A stretch of 64,000 nucleotides of DNA from an uncultured virus (IMG/VR IMGVR_UViG_3300023210_000024) (IMGVR_UViG_3300023210_000024); one strand, 5' to 3'; positions 1 through 8,877 are shown, counted from the stretch's first letter. Numbers and translations: made by a program. The notes: generated by a model from the letters alone, not told the origin.

Positions 1-479
1 AAATACCGATAGAAAAGGCTTACCAAAACTACTATAGTAAAGGTGTTAATGATTTAACAGGGTTACTTAAAGCTATAATAAAAAAATTAGCTTCTATAAA
101 TTGGTATGAGTGGTTTTATGATGAATGGGATACAAGTGGTGGTGATGAACAAATAGACCACGCTTTTAATGATTTTTTAGATAAAACAGAAGATTATTTG
201 GATAGTGAATTTTTTGAAAAATACGAAAAAGTTTTATCTGATTTTAAAGAACTGGGTATTAAAAACAAAAATACTAATTGGTATAATTACAATCAAGTAG
301 AAAGGGTAAACCCAAATGATGACACTATATGGATTATTGATTTTAAAAGTGGTTATGAAAAAGCTGATTTAAAGTTACACAAAAAACACAGTAGCACTTA
401 TTACGGTAATCAAGATGTTCTAGAAAAACATGTTGACGTTCCATTAGAAGAAATTTCAAAATACATAAAACCTTTATAA
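1..479 (+). CDS. Hypothetical protein, 5'-truncated by the window edge
   Basis: The frame of track ORF 198..479 has no stop back to position 3 (IPIEKAYQNYYSKG...) and ends with TAA at 477-479. Confidence 0.75.
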   Translation, partial: IPIEKAYQNYYSKGVNDLTGLLKAIIKKLASINWYEWFYDEWDTSGGDEQIDHAFNDFLDKTEDYLDSEFFEKYEKVLSDFKELGIKNKNTNWYNYNQVERVNPNDDTIWIIDFKSGYEKADLKLHKKHSSTYYGNQDVLEKHVDVPLEEISKYIKPL

Positions 480-481
480 GC

Positions 482-508
482 AAAAAAAACCACAGTATTC
501 TACTGTGG
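482..508 (-). terminator. Intrinsic terminator
   Basis: - strand reads CCACAGTA-GAA-TACTGTGG followed by T8: a perfect 8-bp stem downstream of the sigma gene. Confidence 0.85.
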
Positions 509-558
509 CTGTTCCAAATGTATTCTGACAAAAAGAACATTTAATCCCCCATTCTTGT
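482..558 (-). ncRNA. Candidate ~75-nt small RNA
   Basis: Lies between a consensus Bacteroidota promoter (563-594) and the terminator (482-508). Contains an internal TGTTC...GAACA hairpin. Confidence 0.45.
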
Positions 559-562
559 TATA

Positions 563-594
563 CAAATATAAGGCCTTTTTTTTAATCGGCCAAA
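563..594 (-). promoter_or_regulatory. Bacteroidota-type -33/-7 promoter
   Basis: - strand TTTG (594-591), 20-nt spacer, TATATTTG (570-563); matches TTTG...TAnnTTTG. Confidence 0.7.
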
Positions 595-1410
595 TTATTT
601 TTGAATAAATTCAAATAAATTATCACAATTATTTTTGAGTTTTCTAATAGCTTTCTCTTTTATTTGTCTAATTCTTTCTTTAGTTAACCCAAACTCATCA
701 CCGATTTGTTCTAGTGTTAGAGAACCACCATCAACACCAAAATACATATTAATAATTTTTCTCTCCCTATCGGATAATATAGATAATGTTCTTTCTAATT
801 CACTTTTTAGTACTTCTTCAGTTAATATGTTTGTACCTGGTTGGTCAAAAGTTTTATCCTCAACTATGTCCAAAACTTCATTACCATCTTCATTTATTTT
901 ATCATTTAATGAACCACATGTTGGGTGATTTAATACCGCTAGGTCCATATCAATATTTGTTGCTTGTCTTTCATTTTCTTGCTCAAATTTAGACATTTCT
1001 TTTTTTATTTTGGACAACTGATTGACAATGTTAACGGGTAGTCTAACAGTTCTTGAGTTTTCACATAAAGATTGTAGTATAGACTGTTTAATCCACCAAA
1101 CAGCATAAGAGATAAATCTAAAACCTTTTGTGTGGTCAAATCTTTTTGCTGCTTTAACTAAACCATAATTACCTTCAGATATTAAATCTACTAATGGTAC
1201 ACCTTGACCTTGATATTCTTTAGCTACTGAAATAACAAATCTCAAATTAGAAGTCACTAGTTTATTAAACGCTACCTCGTCATCTTTAAGTATTTTTTTA
1301 GCCAACACGACCTCTTCTTGGGGTGTTATTAAGTCTATTTTTCTAACTTCTTTCAAGTAGTTGGAGATGGAGTCTTCAGTGGTTTCAATAAATTTTTTGT
1401 TAGATATCAT
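595..1410 (-). CDS. RNA polymerase sigma-70 factor, Bacteroidota primary-sigma type (no region 1.1)
   Basis: Region 1.2 DSISNYLKEV; region 2 SNLRFVISVAKEY...DLISEGNYGLVKAAKRFD...FISYAVWWIKQSI; region 4 TLEQIGDEFGLTKERIRQIKEKA; 271 aa. Confidence 0.95.
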   Translation of the reverse strand: MISNKKFIETTEDSISNYLKEVRKIDLITPQEEVVLAKKILKDDEVAFNKLVTSNLRFVISVAKEYQGQGVPLVDLISEGNYGLVKAAKRFDHTKGFRFISYAVWWIKQSILQSLCENSRTVRLPVNIVNQLSKIKKEMSKFEQENERQATNIDMDLAVLNHPTCGSLNDKINEDGNEVLDIVEDKTFDQPGTNILTEEVLKSELERTLSILSDRERKIINMYFGVDGGSLTLEQIGDEFGLTKERIRQIKEKAIRKLKNNCDNLFEFIQK

Positions 1411-1832
1411 ATTTTATTTTTTTTGGTTTTATTTTTTCCGAATATTAAATTACTATTTTTAGTGTTATGACCACTTTTAGTGGATTTAGTTGTCTTTGTG
1501 TTTCTTTTTTTTAGTTGTTTTTTTGTGTTTTTTACTTTTTCTTCTTCAATTTCTAACTCTATCGCTTTTTTCTTTTTTAAGTAAGTATCACAATTTAAAG
1601 AATATGGGGCGTTCTGTAGATTATATATTAAACCTTTTATATATTGTTTTCTTTTATCTAATGAAACCCCCTTTAAATCTGTAAGAGTCGACTCTAGTTT
1701 ATCAATTTCTTTTTTTAATCCAGTTGACCATGCTATAACTAAATTAGTTAATAAGTCTTTAGGCACTTCTACACCATACCACTCTACTCTTTTACCTTTT
1801 TTAATTATTTCATGGTATTTAGATTTATCCAT
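1407..1832 (-). CDS. Hypothetical protein with Lys-rich C-terminus
   Basis: 141-aa ORF overlapping the sigma start by 4 bp (ATGA coupling). Confidence 0.75.
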   Translation of the reverse strand: MDKSKYHEIIKKGKRVEWYGVEVPKDLLTNLVIAWSTGLKKEIDKLESTLTDLKGVSLDKRKQYIKGLIYNLQNAPYSLNCDTYLKKKKAIELEIEEEKVKNTKKQLKKRNTKTTKSTKSGHNTKNSNLIFGKNKTKKNKI

Positions 1833-1837
1833 TTAAA

Positions 1838-1868
1838 CAAATATAACTAAAAAATATTAATTAACAAA
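1838..1868 (-). promoter_or_regulatory. Bacteroidota-type -33/-7 promoter, near-leaderless
   Basis: TTTG (1868-1865), 19-nt spacer, TATATTTG (1845-1838), then 5 nt to the ATG at 1832. Confidence 0.7.
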
Positions 1869-2324
1869 TTTTTTCTTGATTTTTTGTAAAGAATTATACC
1901 TAAGTTCTTTTTTAACCATTTCATCTTCACTATACTTATAAATATCGTCAACAAAATAATTCCACTGTTCTAAAGGTTTTAAATTTTTAATACTATTCTC
2001 TAACTGTTCACTGTATGGTTTCAACACACCCACAACACTAGAGACATAACCTTTATCACTTTCAACATAAGGTACTGGTTCAGCCCACTTCCCACTATTA
2101 TTATAAAAACTAACTATTTTACCCACTACGTATGTGTCACATTCATTAGATTTTGTTAGTACTTTATCACCTAGTTTGAATAGGTTCCCATCTTTTTCGT
2201 ACTCATCAATAATTTTTATATACTTAACTTTTTCCTTTTTAAGGTCCAAAAGATGTGTATAATCATCAACTGTTTTATGTTTTACGGGGTCCTTTTTATG
2301 GAATAACTTTTTAAATACTTTCAT
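1857..2324 (-). CDS. Hypothetical protein
   Basis: 155-aa ORF, TAATG-coupled to the upstream gene. Confidence 0.75.
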   Translation of the reverse strand: MKVFKKLFHKKDPVKHKTVDDYTHLLDLKKEKVKYIKIIDEYEKDGNLFKLGDKVLTKSNECDTYVVGKIVSFYNNSGKWAEPVPYVESDKGYVSSVVGVLKPYSEQLENSIKNLKPLEQWNYFVDDIYKYSEDEMVKKELRYNSLQKIKKKFVN

Positions 2325-2779
2325 TATGAACTTTTTTCTAATATACCTATTTCTTTTTCAGTTAAGCAGGTTCTATCATATTCGTTTCTACTTAACTTAT
2401 CTAAAATATCGTTAACATTATCGTACTCCTCTATTTTAACTTTTCTAAGTTTAGTGTCTGTATTGGGATTGTCTAGGTTTATTTTATTTTTTAAAATCTC
2501 CATAGAGCTTTCGTATTCTGGAAACAACCCTTTAAAGTACTTTGATGGTAGATTTATTGCGTGTTTTGATTTGTTTGTTATGTCAAAAATTAAAATTGCT
2601 GGTATGTGAACTAACATTTCATGAATTTCATCTATAATGTACTCACTATAAAAGGTTCCCATAAAAATACCATTACCATCTACATAATGTAACCCCAATT
2701 CATCATCGGCTATATCATTAAAATCATAATCAAAGCCATCATAATTACCTAAAATTATTATTAAATATCTTTTACCCAT
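2324..2779 (-). CDS. Hypothetical protein with C-terminal DUF6576-like helical motif
   Basis: C-terminus VNDILDKLSRNEYDRTCLTEKEIGIL resembles the ID.ILDKI...SLT..E motif of Bacteroidota proteins. Confidence 0.65.
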   Translation of the reverse strand: MGKRYLIIILGNYDGFDYDFNDIADDELGLHYVDGNGIFMGTFYSEYIIDEIHEMLVHIPAILIFDITNKSKHAINLPSKYFKGLFPEYESSMEILKNKINLDNPNTDTKLRKVKIEEYDNVNDILDKLSRNEYDRTCLTEKEIGILEKSS

Positions 2780-2786
2780 ATAAACT

Positions 2787-2803
2787 GTTTTTATTATAAA
2801 TAT
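2787..2803 (-). promoter_or_regulatory. Putative phage late-promoter motif ATATTTATAATAAAAAC
   Basis: 17-mer identical to 48377-48393. TATTTATA core lies 15 nt upstream of the ATG. Confidence 0.6.
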
Positions 2804-2809
2804 CTATAA

Positions 2810-2838
2810 CAAATATATTAAAATTATTGTAATAACAA
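2810..2838 (-). promoter_or_regulatory. Bacteroidota-type promoter with partial -33 element
   Basis: TATATTTG at 2817-2810, with TTG 18 nt upstream. Confidence 0.45.
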
Positions 2839-5199
2839 TGATGATATATTGTTTTTCTTTTTTATTGTGATAATTTTAGTTGCCCAATCTTTAATTAACT
2901 GATTGTGTGTTATTAAAAATATACTTGGAAACATCTCTGAACATTTCTGAAATAAATTACCAACTAAATCTAGATTCTCATCAGCTACTTTACCGAATAC
3001 CTCATCAAACACTATTATATTAGGTTTTGGTAAACAACTTATTTTTGACATAACACACCTTAATGCTAAAGCTGACACTGTTTTTTCAAAACCACTACAT
3101 TCGTTTAGTGGGCACTCCACTAATGCACCATTAGCTTCTTTTATTACCAAAAACTCAACTTCCTTTTTATCATTAATATCTACCACTAATTTAAATTGGG
3201 CTGTATCTATTAATAGTCTCTCTAGTTCAGAGTTGATTAGTGGTATCACACTTTTCATAACCATTTTGATTATTCCGTTTTTACCAACCATACGAATATA
3301 AATATCGAATATCAACCTAACTTCTTCCTCAGCTTTTATTGTTTTAATATATTCTTCATTTTTACTTATTTGTATATGGTGTTGTTTAACTTCATTTTCC
3401 AATCTTTCGCCTAATTTAATTTTATTTGTTTTGTTTAATCCTAAATTATTTATTTTTGTATTATAACCTAAAATCTTACTATCTAACCCATTATTTATTT
3501 CGATATTTTCTAAATTATCTTCATATCTTTTTTTAAGGTTTAGTTTTTCTTTCCTATCTATCCTTAATCTTTCTAAGTCTAAATCTAACTTATCCACTTT
3601 AAGTGAAGTCCTATCATATTGTGATACGGAAGATTTTATGTTATCCATTTTAACCACACTATCACTAACCTTAACTATTTTATCCTCAGTTAATTTTAAT
3701 AACTTTTCGTATTCAACAATTTTATCTTTATTTTCTTTTATCTCACCACTATGGTCGACATCTACTAAACTTTGTTTACATGTCGGGCAAAACTCACCAT
3801 CTTCTAACTCAGTTATTAATTTTCTAGTGCGAGTAATTAAGGCCATATGACTATCTCTCTCTGTTTTACGTTCCCTTTCTTGTTTTACAACGTCTATATG
3901 TAATTCTTCGTCATAATCAGGCTCTACCATACTATCAAAGGAATCTTTAGCGGTCTCATAATCTTCTTTTTTCTTTTTACCTTTTTTAATTATATCCTCA
4001 ACTTCCCTATCTATGTCTTCAATACGTAAATTGATGACTTCATCGTCAATATCTATTTTTTTTCCAATTAAAATTTCTTTTTTACTAGTAGCTATCTTTA
4101 TGTCTGACTCTAAATTTTTTATTTCTATAATATTTTCCTTTATTGTGTATTGTTTTTCTTTTATTTTATTGTCTAGTATTTTTATTTCACTACCCAACTC
4201 AACCATATTATATATGTCAGATTTTAACCCTTTAGCCCAACCCGATTTCATTTCTTTTACAATAGTTTCTTTATCCTCAATAATTTCTAAACCAATAAAC
4301 CTAGACAATATTCTACCTTTTTCTGTTGGTTTTGTGTGTATTATATCTTCTAGGTTGTCAGCGTCCGCTATTATTGTTAATAAAAAGTCATTTACTGAGC
4401 CTATAGATTTTTTTATAAACTCTTCGGTTTCTCTTCTTTGTTCACCTTCTAAATTCTCAATTGTTTCGTCTGGTAATATTCTATAAAAAGATAGTTCTGT
4501 CCTTGTAGTGTAGTCCAAGTTATTTCTTTTTAATTTTCTAGTTACAACCCTCTCTATAATATAATCAACACCGTCAATAGTTATTTTACCTTTAACTTTA
4601 ACCTCATCACAATCACCCCTAAAAAGGTTAAACATTTTTATCGCTGTAGTACCCTTTGTTGTTGTATTAAAAAATAGGAATAGTAATAAGTCTAAAGCTA
4701 ATGTTGTTTTACCACCCATATTTAATGGGTCCGATGTTATCACAGTAATACCTTCTAACTCCTTAAAAGATATTTTATTACCATCACCATAAGATAGAAA
4801 ATTAGACCACTCTAACTCCTTTATGTACCAATTCCTATACCTGTAATCTGTATCTCTTTTTTGTGATAGTTTTTCATTAACTTTGTCATCTAAACGCATT
4901 AGTCTATCTATGTCAACATCAACTTTATTATTACTAACCCAATCTTTAAACAATTTTTTTTGGTAGTTGGTGTCCATCACGTTGTCAGATACGCTCATCT
5001 CCACATCACCATCTTTAGCCATAACCTTTTTAGGTTTAAAAATTACCTGTGCGTTAGAATTACCGTATTTTTCGGAAATATGTTTAGCTATTCTTTTACT
5101 TCTTTCTTGTGTATAATTTTCAGGACTGTCTTCCCATATAACACGTATTTTAGCTTTAGTTGGTACCTCGGTATTGACCTTATGTATTACATTTTCCAT
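2824..5199 (-). CDS. SbcC/Rad50/gp46-like SMC ATPase with ~120-aa N-terminal extension
   Basis: NFLSYG; Walker A variant NMGGKTT; long coiled coil; zinc hook CPTC; signature SGFEK; Walker B IIVFDE; H-loop LITH. Confidence 0.92.
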   Translation of the reverse strand: MENVIHKVNTEVPTKAKIRVIWEDSPENYTQERSKRIAKHISEKYGNSNAQVIFKPKKVMAKDGDVEMSVSDNVMDTNYQKKLFKDWVSNNKVDVDIDRLMRLDDKVNEKLSQKRDTDYRYRNWYIKELEWSNFLSYGDGNKISFKELEGITVITSDPLNMGGKTTLALDLLLFLFFNTTTKGTTAIKMFNLFRGDCDEVKVKGKITIDGVDYIIERVVTRKLKRNNLDYTTRTELSFYRILPDETIENLEGEQRRETEEFIKKSIGSVNDFLLTIIADADNLEDIIHTKPTEKGRILSRFIGLEIIEDKETIVKEMKSGWAKGLKSDIYNMVELGSEIKILDNKIKEKQYTIKENIIEIKNLESDIKIATSKKEILIGKKIDIDDEVINLRIEDIDREVEDIIKKGKKKKEDYETAKDSFDSMVEPDYDEELHIDVVKQERERKTERDSHMALITRTRKLITELEDGEFCPTCKQSLVDVDHSGEIKENKDKIVEYEKLLKLTEDKIVKVSDSVVKMDNIKSSVSQYDRTSLKVDKLDLDLERLRIDRKEKLNLKKRYEDNLENIEINNGLDSKILGYNTKINNLGLNKTNKIKLGERLENEVKQHHIQISKNEEYIKTIKAEEEVRLIFDIYIRMVGKNGIIKMVMKSVIPLINSELERLLIDTAQFKLVVDINDKKEVEFLVIKEANGALVECPLNECSGFEKTVSALALRCVMSKISCLPKPNIIVFDEVFGKVADENLDLVGNLFQKCSEMFPSIFLITHNQLIKDWATKIITIKKKNNISSLLLQ

Positions 5200-5269
5200 T
5201 ATTCAGATATTTATTGTAAAATATAAACTTAATTTTTGATTAAATAAATGCTAGTAAAAAACAAATACC

Positions 5270-5536
5270 ATGAAAATACTGAGATTACCAGAAATGGTAC
5301 AAAAAGTTTCATTAATGGTAAAGAACCAATCCGTACAATCACAAATAAATAATAATTCTATAACAATTTCTACCGATGTATGGGACTTTGAGTTTTTAAA
5401 GTTCGAACAAGGTGGTTATTATATCTATGAATCCGTAACCATTAAAGATAGTGATATGGATAGTATGTGTATTGAAATTAAGAATTCCCTTATGCGTCAA
5501 TTAATTTGTAAGTATGGGGTAACAATATGTTTATAA
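5270..5536 (+). CDS. Hypothetical protein (opposite strand)
   Basis: 88-aa ORF exactly filling the gap; its stop abuts the convergent gene's stop. A + strand TATTTATT motif lies at 5208-5215. Confidence 0.6.
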   Translation: MKILRLPEMVQKVSLMVKNQSVQSQINNNSITISTDVWDFEFLKFEQGGYYIYESVTIKDSDMDSMCIEIKNSLMRQLICKYGVTICL

Positions 5537-6127
5537 TTATTCACCATATAAATCTTCTTTTATATCGTCTTTTGGTACCCATTTAATTATATTATTGAGC
5601 CCATGTTTTGGTTTTTCATGTTTTGGTTTTTCATTCTTTGGTGCCACATAATTCCTATTTTTCTCCATTTCCAACTCTATCTTTAGATTTTTTATTTGTT
5701 GTTTTAAAGTTTTAGTTGTGTTACCACCAGAGTTAGACATGTCTTTTATTGTATTACGTTCACCATCTAAATCCTCACCTAACTTAGTGATTTCACCACC
5801 AAGTTCTTTTATTTCTGCCTTTAGTTTATTAATTAATTCATTATCTGTAACCGTAACCTCCACAATTTTCTCCACCACCTTAATTACCTCGATTTCTACT
5901 GGTACCTCTCTAATAATTTCAACTTCTGTGGTTGCCGTTATAACCTTAATTACCTCTTTTTCTATTACCTCAAGTTCTTTACCGCCAATTTTAAATGGTG
6001 TTGTACCATACTTCTCAATATTAAACCCTTGTTGTGTTGATTTAATTATAAAAGCATCAATATCTGTTATATTGTTTAATCTACAATATTCCCAAACCTC
6101 ATCTTTTAGTTTTTTAGGTATTTTCAT
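5537..6127 (-). CDS. Hypothetical coiled-coil protein with V/E/K/I repeats
   Basis: EVIEKEVIKV...EVIKVVEKIVEV tract; 15-bp duplication encoding EKPKH twice. Confidence 0.75.
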   Translation of the reverse strand: MKIPKKLKDEVWEYCRLNNITDIDAFIIKSTQQGFNIEKYGTTPFKIGGKELEVIEKEVIKVITATTEVEIIREVPVEIEVIKVVEKIVEVTVTDNELINKLKAEIKELGGEITKLGEDLDGERNTIKDMSNSGGNTTKTLKQQIKNLKIELEMEKNRNYVAPKNEKPKHEKPKHGLNNIIKWVPKDDIKEDLYGE

Positions 6128-6135
6128 TTACTTGT

Positions 6136-6318
6136 TTATGGGTTGTACAAATTTAATCGTTTATCCCCTATTTTTATTTTCTTAATTTCTCCATTAAAAT
6201 CAATGTTCCACTCACCCTTACCTTTACACTTACATCTAGGCACTTCTTTATTTATAATTATACCATATAAAGTTTCACTTAATGGGTCTTCAAATATTAC
6301 ATTATCCCCTATTTCCAT
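6136..6318 (-). CDS. Small hypothetical protein (CxC motif)
   Basis: 60-aa ORF in the operon, with PRCKCKG. Confidence 0.6.
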   Translation of the reverse strand: MEIGDNVIFEDPLSETLYGIIINKEVPRCKCKGKGEWNIDFNGEIKKIKIGDKRLNLYNP

Positions 6319-6352
6319 AATTTATGTTTTTTTACTTTCTTTAATTCACTAC

Positions 6353-7153
6353 TCACACCAACTCTTCTTCAATATCCTCTATTGAGTTTATCCTAAAAGT
6401 GTAGAACCCATAGTCTGATTCTAAATTAATGTGTTCGTGTTCTTTTGTCCCAACGTCCCACACAACATATCCATGATTATCTACAGACTCACCAAAGTCT
6501 TGCTGTATCATTGATGATGGTTGTACAATTGGTGTTCCATGATAATTCATTACTTGGTATAGGTGGATATCGCCACAACAAACAAAATCACAACCATCAA
6601 AAATACTTATGTCTTGGCCATCCTCAAATTCAAAACCAATATTTGTTTTTAAACCAATTAATGGGTCGTGATATAAACCAACATATTTCTTATCACCATA
6701 CTGTTCTCTTGCCTCCTCTATGTTAGGCCTCTTAGAACCTTCCATGTGACCATATAGACACCAAACTATATTATCGTCCTCATAACATCCTGTATGCTTT
6801 AAAAATTTAAGTCTATTATCCCCCATGGTCTCAATAATAGGTGTTAAGGCATCCATTCTATCTAAGTTATTAGCTAAGAAATCGTGATTACCCAAAATAA
6901 CAATAGTATCTGCCATATCACAACAACCTTTAAAAAACCAAGTAACAATATTAATTAGTTCGGGTGTCATTTGATTTTTAGAATGAACAATATCTCCAGC
7001 AATAACAACCCTAACTTCTTCTCTAGTTAGTTCGTTATCTTCCATGTGTTGTTTTACAGAATCAAAAAATTTCTGAATCTGTTCTCTATATTCATCATGT
7101 CTTTTATAAAGTCTGATATGGATGTCAGCACAGTGGTATAAATGTTTTATCAT
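6353..7153 (-). CDS. SbcD/Mre11/gp47-like metallophosphoesterase nuclease
   Basis: ADIH, IAGDIVH, GNHD, GDIH and QQDFGES motifs; lies near SbcC. Confidence 0.93.
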   Translation of the reverse strand: MIKHLYHCADIHIRLYKRHDEYREQIQKFFDSVKQHMEDNELTREEVRVVIAGDIVHSKNQMTPELINIVTWFFKGCCDMADTIVILGNHDFLANNLDRMDALTPIIETMGDNRLKFLKHTGCYEDDNIVWCLYGHMEGSKRPNIEEAREQYGDKKYVGLYHDPLIGLKTNIGFEFEDGQDISIFDGCDFVCCGDIHLYQVMNYHGTPIVQPSSMIQQDFGESVDNHGYVVWDVGTKEHEHINLESDYGFYTFRINSIEDIEEELV

Positions 7154-7437
7154 AATTTAAATTCTTTTACTTGTTTTAATGGTGTGAAATCATTGTCAAC
7201 TCTATAGCCATGTTGTCTAAATAAAGCATCAAATAATAATTTTCTTAATTCTCTATTACCTGAAGTGAAATCCATAATCTTTTCCAAATTCAATTCTTTT
7301 ATTTCAGTTTCTCTACCAAAACGTAAAATATCAAATCTAGGGACAAGATTTTCATCATTATGGTAAGGTGTTAAATCATAACCTAGATGGCTATAATTTA
7401 TTCTAAACCATCTTTTTAATATATGATATATGTCCAT
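7150..7437 (-). CDS. Hypothetical protein with C-terminal TPLKQVKEFKL motif
   Basis: 95 aa, translationally coupled on both sides. Confidence 0.7.
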   Translation of the reverse strand: MDIYHILKRWFRINYSHLGYDLTPYHNDENLVPRFDILRFGRETEIKELNLEKIMDFTSGNRELRKLLFDALFRQHGYRVDNDFTPLKQVKEFKL

Positions 7438-7832
7438 TATTTTCGTGATTTAATAAATCTATGTTTATTTACCCATTTCAAAGGTTCTAACCCTTTTTGT
7501 GATTCCCACTGCTCAACAAATAAAGCACAAATTTCAGCCTCAACATCGGTATTGGGCCAACCACTTAAATCTCGGTCATTAAGAAAAAATTCATGCGCTT
7601 GTCTAATAAAAGATTCCACATTAGGTATGGTTTTACCTTTCTTATATATTCTATAGACTATAGGAAAAATAACATTTGAAAGTGTAGTATTCCCCATATA
7701 AGAATCATGAGATACTACATAGTTAGCTACAAGTTCATATTTTAAAGCCAAAACAGGTTTTAAGTTTTCGGGCATTTGTTCCAAAAAACCCAATTCATAC
7801 CATTTATTTGTTATCTCTTCTATATCAAACAT
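7437..7832 (-). CDS. Small protein resembling the N-terminus of gp23-type major capsid proteins
   Basis: ITNKWYELGFLE...YE...VIFPIVYRIYKK resembles the KW..LGFLE...YEN...VFPIVRR pattern as recalled (not searched). Confidence 0.55.
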   Translation of the reverse strand: MFDIEEITNKWYELGFLEQMPENLKPVLALKYELVANYVVSHDSYMGNTTLSNVIFPIVYRIYKKGKTIPNVESFIRQAHEFFLNDRDLSGWPNTDVEAEICALFVEQWESQKGLEPLKWVNKHRFIKSRK

Positions 7833-8239
7833 TATAGTTCGTGTTTTTTAATAAACCTATTTGGTTCTACTGTAGATTTTTTATACAATCCATCCTCATA
7901 AAAGTCCAAAATCTCCTTACATTTAATACTGTTACATGTTGTTGTAGTGTAGTAAGCATTTTCATCAACCACTAACTTATTTGACGGTAATAAATCAACC
8001 TCATCGACAAACTGTCTCATTGTGACTGGTGACTGAAACATTTTGTGTGATGTTATAGTTCTTTTTGAACAAAAATCACCACACTTTTCATGTATATTAT
8101 CTTGTATTAACTTTCTTGTGTTTTTTTCTTTGGCCACAATTAAAGCTGTTTTATTTTTATTTTCTTTTAAAAAAGATACAACACTATTAACTAACCTTGT
8201 TGTTTTACCACTTTGTCTTGGTTGAATTTCTACGTACAT
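7832..8239 (-). CDS. Miniature terminase-large-subunit-like P-loop ATPase
   Basis: PRQSGKTT Walker A, TALIVA strand, FVDE Walker B and TTT coupling-motif-like segment in 135 aa. Confidence 0.65.
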   Translation of the reverse strand: MYVEIQPRQSGKTTRLVNSVVSFLKENKNKTALIVAKEKNTRKLIQDNIHEKCGDFCSKRTITSHKMFQSPVTMRQFVDEVDLLPSNKLVVDENAYYTTTTCNSIKCKEILDFYEDGLYKKSTVEPNRFIKKHEL

Positions 8240-8245
8240 ATTTTA

Positions 8246-8470
8246 TTACATATCTTGCATATTATTCCAGTCATACTTTTTTAGTGTTTCCAACATATCA
8301 TCAGAGTCAATTAAACTTGAGAAAGCTTCCTCAATGTTGTTATAAAAATCACCTGTTGAGTGGTCACCTATTCCTACTGAATTGTCCATTAACAATTCCA
8401 AACTTGTTAACGCTTTTTCTCTTTTTTCGGTGGCTTTCGCCACTAACATTTTTAAAATTCTTTCTTTCAT
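8246..8470 (-). CDS. Small phage protein with VGIG(D/E)H motif
   Basis: 74-aa helical protein with NSVGIGDHS, a motif recalled from T4-like phage hypotheticals. Confidence 0.7.
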   Translation of the reverse strand: MKERILKMLVAKATEKREKALTSLELLMDNSVGIGDHSTGDFYNNIEEAFSSLIDSDDMLETLKKYDWNNMQDM

Positions 8471-8877
8471 TGTTCTATTTTTTTTGCTTTTATAATCATT
8501 TTTATTTTTGTGTTAAAGTTTTCTGGTATTATTGATTCAACAGATACAACATAACCACTCTCTAATAAAAGAGAACCTAATTCTTTTGCCATATCTTGTT
8601 TAATTGTGGTGATAAGTTCTTCTCTTTGGTTACCGTATGTTCTTAATATTTCTGGACTTATAACTCTTTCAACAATTACCTCTTCAATTGGTGATATTTC
8701 AAACCTTGCCGGACTTGTTTCATAATTAACGTTAATACCATCCACAACACCTATTGGGTACAACCCACCTTCCCTACTATGTGTGTTACAGTATCTTGTT
8801 GCTGACTGAACCCAACCATTTGTGTCTAACTGTTTTTCTTTTTTAACAAATTTATGTTTTAGTTTATTTCCGTCCAT
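8467..8877 (-). CDS. Hypothetical protein
   Basis: 136-aa coupled ORF; N-terminal NKLKHKF. Confidence 0.7.
   Translation of the reverse strand: MDGNKLKHKFVKKEKQLDTNGWVQSATRYCNTHSREGGLYPIGVVDGINVNYETSPARFEISPIEEVIVERVISPEILRTYGNQREELITTIKQDMAKELGSLLLESGYVVSVESIIPENFNTKIKMIIKAKKIEQ

Noticed and set aside
343..540. 65-aa - strand ORF starting inside the candidate small RNA
   Set aside because: It runs through the intrinsic terminator and then antisense to the + strand gene, so it is unlikely to be translated in full.
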